Source: an uncultured archaeon
GTDB taxonomy: Archaea; Asgardarchaeota; Lokiarchaeia; Sigyniarchaeales; SOKP01
Reading direction: 5' to 3'
NCBI GenBank assembly: GCA_964388035.1
Contig: CAYLZE010000144.1
Span: 1-10,451 of the forward strand
Length of the DNA: 10,451 bases
Made by a program: the position numbers and the translations under genes. Positions 6,945 through 10,451 of this stretch are shown here, in pieces. The notes beneath the pieces were generated by a model. That model ran no database searches, was not told the origin of the DNA, and worked only from the letters and a program-made list of their open reading frames with translations. The stretch's first letter is position 1, and every line of letters starts with the position of its first letter.

Positions 6945-7033
6945 TATTTTTAATTAAGAAGTTGTGAGATTATTTTTACACTCTTTTTTTAACTTAAATG
7001 TTATTCAATTTATAACGTCATGATAGAAGATTA

Positions 7034-7088
7034 TTTATAACAGCATATCTCTTTCTAATTATATGAAAATAAGGATAATTTAAGGTGA
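7034..7088 (+). promoter_or_regulatory. TATA box and ribosome-binding site of the deacetylase gene
   Basis: TTTATAA at 7034-7040; archaeal SD AAGGTGA at 7082-7088, seven nt before TTG 7096. Confidence 0.55.
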
Positions 7089-7095
7089 TATTTAC

Positions 7096-7869
7096 TTGAA
7101 AATTGTATTTGATGAAAAATATTATAATTCAAATTATGCAATGGACCCAGCGGCGTCAACTGGAAGATTAGAATCCATTATGAACATTCTCTTGACAAAT
7201 AAAAAAGACTATGAAATAATAAAGCCCAAATCTGCTTCAGAGGAGCAATTATTACGAGCTCATACTAAAAGACATGTCGATTCCATAAAAATGGATTCCC
7301 TTTTGTTTGAGTTAGCTTCATTAGCGGCGGGTGGTTCAATATTGGCTGCCGAACTCGCTTATAATGGGGACCCCACTTTTGCTGTCATCCGCCCTCCCGG
7401 ACATCACGCTTCAGCGAATTCTTGTTGGGGATTTTGCTATTTTAATAACATGAGTATAAGTCTCTTACAATTATTTTCCGAACGCAAGATTAATTCTGCT
7501 TTTATCCTTGATTTCGATTTGCATACAGGTGATGGAAATATAAATATTCTTCAAGCGAGAGAGGATGGATTTAAAGTAAAGATTCTCAATCCCGATTCCA
7601 GCACGCGCAACAATTATTTAAAGGAAGTTGAAACCTACATGCAAAATCTACAAGGAATTGATATTTACGCGGCTTCTGCAGGTTTTGACCAGGGTATCGA
7701 GGATTGGGGCCATTTATTGGCTCCCGAAGATTACATGGAACTCGGGGAATTAATGAAAAAATATTCTGAAAAACAATGTAGTGGAAAACGGTTTGCTCTT
7801 CTAGAGGGAGGATATAATCATGAGGTGCTTGGAATTAATTGCAATGCATTTTGTCAAGGATTTAAATGA
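7096..7869 (+). CDS. Zn-dependent histone deacetylase-family (HDAC/AcuC/APAH) protein, compact form
   Basis: 257 aa, TTG start. Motifs RPPGHHA, GFCYFNN, DFDLHTGDG, SAGFD and LEGGY are all intact. Confidence 0.95.
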   Translation: MKIVFDEKYYNSNYAMDPAASTGRLESIMNILLTNKKDYEIIKPKSASEEQLLRAHTKRHVDSIKMDSLLFELASLAAGGSILAAELAYNGDPTFAVIRPPGHHASANSCWGFCYFNNMSISLLQLFSERKINSAFILDFDLHTGDGNINILQAREDGFKVKILNPDSSTRNNYLKEVETYMQNLQGIDIYAASAGFDQGIEDWGHLLAPEDYMELGELMKKYSEKQCSGKRFALLEGGYNHEVLGINCNAFCQGFK

Positions 7870-7941
7870 AAAATATTTTCACGAGTGAGAGCTTAGTATA
7901 TATTTTTTGTAAATTTCCTATAAACAACTAATTCCTATTTA

Positions 7942-9066
7942 TCATTTTTGCTTGAAATAATTCAGTACTTTTCTCAGTGCGCTGAATGAACTTTTTATTT
8001 TTGTTACATCTGCCATGTAGGTGGTATTATAAAAAATTACATGTTTAAGTCCTGCCCGCGCATATTCCTCGATTTTAGCAATTATTTCATCCGGTGTTCC
8101 ATGAAGGATAAATTCTTGAATCATTTTTTCAGGGATTTTTTCTAAAGCTTCTAAAACTTCGTTTCGCGAATATCTGGGGGGAATGTAGTGAAGTAAACCA
8201 TAGAAATCTTCTCCGAGCGGATGAGTAGTTCCGAACTTCTTGAAAATCTCGTCTGGTAAGAGGAGCAATTGATTTTTAATAGGGGGATTATGAATGATTT
8301 GATTACATGTTTCATGGTCCTCGTCAATTACTATAAATCCATATAGAGAAGGCGTGATATCCAGAGGGTCTCTCCCATTCTTTTTTGCTATTGTTCTTAT
8401 AATACTTAATTTTTCTTTATACATCTCAGGAGTAAAATAGAGAGGAATCCACCCATCGCCGTATTTTCCTGTTAATTCTAGCATTTTAGGACCGTGTGCA
8501 GCAATCCAAATGGGAGGAAATTTATCCTCGAAAGGTCTTAATGTGAAAAGGGCATCTTTTAGCTTCCATATCTGCCCATCATAATTTACTTTACCTTCAT
8601 TTTCCCATAATAATTTCATGACTTCAATAGATTCTGTTAATCTTTGAACGGGAGAATTCCATTTAATCCCATAGGGAATTATGTTTTCACCCTCCCCCGC
8701 ACCAATTCCTAGAATAACTCGCCCTTTTGATAAATTATGCAATGTCAAGAAATCTTGAGCTAAAACAGCTGGATGCCTCCTAAATGTTTCTGTAACACTG
8801 GTTCCCAGGAATAATTTATTGGTATTCCAAGCAGCTAATGTCATGACAGCAATTACAGAATGAAAAATGTGGGGAGAATATTGAACCCTGGCAACATCCA
8901 CAAGATCAGGAGTCCAAATGGATTCTGGTGTAAATCCCATGAGATGATCAGCAAACCACACGGAATCATAGCCAGAATCTTCAATTCTCTTAATTGATGA
9001 TATCCCTTTCTCAAAAGAACCGATAAAGCTTCCCTCAGTTCCGATTTTTATATCGCTAATATCCAT
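7942..9066 (-). CDS. LLM-class (luciferase-like) oxidoreductase, probably F420-dependent, resembling the phthiodiolone ketoreductase (Rv2951c-like) subgroup
   Basis: 374 aa with GYDSVWFADHL, GTSVTE..RRHPAVLAQ..LTL..LSKGRVILGIGAGEGENIIPYG, PPIWIAAHGPKMLELTGKYGDGWIP and GTPDE. Confidence 0.9.
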   Translation of the reverse strand: MDISDIKIGTEGSFIGSFEKGISSIKRIEDSGYDSVWFADHLMGFTPESIWTPDLVDVARVQYSPHIFHSVIAVMTLAAWNTNKLFLGTSVTETFRRHPAVLAQDFLTLHNLSKGRVILGIGAGEGENIIPYGIKWNSPVQRLTESIEVMKLLWENEGKVNYDGQIWKLKDALFTLRPFEDKFPPIWIAAHGPKMLELTGKYGDGWIPLYFTPEMYKEKLSIIRTIAKKNGRDPLDITPSLYGFIVIDEDHETCNQIIHNPPIKNQLLLLPDEIFKKFGTTHPLGEDFYGLLHYIPPRYSRNEVLEALEKIPEKMIQEFILHGTPDEIIAKIEEYARAGLKHVIFYNTTYMADVTKIKSSFSALRKVLNYFKQK

Positions 9067-9226
9067 GATAGATGGAATTTGTATATAATTTCGTTTAGTA
9101 TTAAATTTTAATTTGTATTTAATCCTATTTTAATGTTCTTACTAAAATAATTTGAGGACTGCCTCTAAATGATCTCTTTTCAATCATTAGGAAAGAATAA
9201 AAAAAATAGAGAAGAGGTTTTGCTGA

Positions 9227-9634
9227 TTAAATGCCTAATTTTTTGGAGTCAATTAAATAATTTTCAATTTTACTACGTATCGAAGCTGGTAATTTTTCGA
9301 TAGTCATGTCTTTAAATTGTTCATAACATCTACTACAAAAATTAATCTCAATACTATCATCTTTCATGACTTGTTGTTCCATTTTTTTTGTATTATTTAG
9401 CTTTTTATCGCAGGCAATGCAAGACTTGAGGAAATGTTCCACTCGATTTCTAGTCATTTCATATTCTAAATCGGGATAAGCTTCATTTATCGCTTTCTTA
9501 AACCCGGTATCGGCATTAATTCTTTCTTCAATCGCCCTTCTCAAGAGAACAGATCTACTAACTTTTTTTTCTTTTCCGAGTTTATCTAATAACTCGATAT
9601 ACGAATCTGGAAGACTAATTGAAATATTTTTCAT
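9227..9634 (-). CDS. Ribbon-helix-helix (CopG/MetJ-like) regulator with a C-terminal C4 zinc finger
   Basis: MKNISISLPDSYIELLDKL...VSRSVLLRRAI is a typical RHH pattern; CIAC...FCSRC in the C-terminal half. ATG 9634 is preferred over the track's 9652 because GGGAGAGGG lies just upstream and the RHH beta-strand begins there. Confidence 0.85.
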   Translation of the reverse strand: MKNISISLPDSYIELLDKLGKEKKVSRSVLLRRAIEERINADTGFKKAINEAYPDLEYEMTRNRVEHFLKSCIACDKKLNNTKKMEQQVMKDDSIEINFCSRCYEQFKDMTIEKLPASIRSKIENYLIDSKKLGI

Positions 9635-9716
9635 GATACCCTCTCCCATCAAAAATAAATGAAATTTAATTTAAAGGAAATTTAAATTCGGCACTTATCT
9701 TGACATACAAGATCTG

Positions 9717-9749
9717 AATAAACCTATGCAAATAAACCTATGCAAATAA
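9717..9749. repeat. Tandem 14-bp direct repeat (AATAAACCTATGCA x2 + AATAA)
   Basis: Exact copies at 9717-9730 and 9731-9744, partial third copy at 9745-9749. Confidence 0.9.
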
Positions 9750-9988
9750 TTATAAGCTGAATGTTTTTTATTAATGCTTAAATTTTAAGATTAAAAAAAA
9801 CCATAAGATTTAACGTTCGCAATTTAAGATCTTGATAAATTATTTAAAGTTAATTGAAAAATTTTTAAAAACCTTGAAAATTACATTTTCTCCTCTCGTA
9901 CATATGAATAAGAGTAATATCTTTCTTTTGTGTCCCTAAATCCATAAAATAATATAAGTTTAAAAAGTAAGGAATGAAAAAATTAGGG

Positions 9989-10216
9989 TTATAACATGGT
10001 GTAAAACTTTTCTTCAAATTCGGGATTCCCTTGATATTTTTGCATGAATAGTAAAGCTCCTTTATCCAGATTCTTGAAGAAATAGGAGGGAACTCTTATT
10101 CCCGCTTTTATAAGTGCATCTTTGACTTCATCTCTTTTAGGAGGACAACCATTAATCATGATTAATTCATTAATATTTGGATTATCTTTATTTTCCCTTG
10201 TTAAAGCGATCCAAGG
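9989..10216 (-). pseudogene. 3' remnant of a DUF362-like gene
   Basis: Frame open between TAG (10217-10219) and TAA (9989-9991): ...ENKDNPNINELIMINGCPPKRDEVKDALIKAGIRVPSYFFKNLDKGALLFMQKYQGNPEFEEKFYTML*. The GCPP...AGI...PEFEE.FY pattern recalls the C-terminus of long DUF362-domain proteins (recognised from memory). No N-terminal part is visible upstream. Confidence 0.65.
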
Positions 10217-10401
10217 CTATAGTTATCAATTATTAATGAAAGAGTAAAATTAAGTGGAATAAATTAAAAAATAAGAATGAAATATTAACTTTTTAGCAAA
10301 ATGGGAATGAACTATTCTGCAATAACTATATATCTTAATGAATAAAAAATTAAAAAGTCATTTATGTCCTAACTTTTATAAATGCGCACTCCTTCCATTT
10401 A

Positions 10402-10451
10402 ATGATGGATGTCATGAATGACCCGACCTCGGAATATCCGATCACGGATGA
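10402..10451 (+). CDS. Probable 5' end of a leaderless gene running off the window (MMDVMNDPTSEYPITD...)
   Basis: TTTTATAAA at 10374-10382 lies about 28-31 nt before ATG 10402/10405. The frame is open to the edge and GC content rises. Confidence 0.4.
   Translation, partial: MMDVMNDPTSEYPITD

Noticed and set aside
9717-9749. 14-bp tandem repeat as a CRISPR remnant or iteron origin
   Set aside because: No spacers, only about 2.4 units, and no cas or replication genes nearby.
9865-9945. 26-codon minus-strand ORF MDLGTQKKDITLIHMYERRKCNFQGF with an upstream TTTTTAAA
   Set aside because: Could be a leaderless mini-gene or remnant, but there is no recognisable motif and its length is within chance expectation.

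Overview
AT-rich (about 30% GC) archaeal chromosomal segment. The gene content is most consistent with an Asgard (Lokiarchaeota-like) genome, which is an inference from an FDxxxGP longin/uDENN-like domain fused to PAS, an RHH-zinc finger regulator, GGTGA/GAGG ribosome-binding sites and TATA boxes. Left to right it holds: a small ORF with a low-complexity tail; a GC-rich island encoding a 9-Cys double zinc-finger protein missed by the ORF track; a longin-like/PAS/GAF sensor without an output domain; a YdjM-like membrane metallohydrolase that probably starts at ATT; a GPH-family MFS transporter; an MTH1675-like (PK_C) protein; an AbrB-VapC toxin-antitoxin pair bracketed by a synonymously diverged duplicate of the PK_C gene's 3' end; a compact HDAC-family deacetylase; an F420-type LLM oxidoreductase; an RHH-zinc finger regulator with a repeat-rich promoter; a DUF362-like 3' gene remnant; and a structured, probably coding start at the right edge. 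No rRNA, tRNA, CRISPR array, transposase or integrase was recognised. Family assignments come from motif recognition by eye, not database searches.
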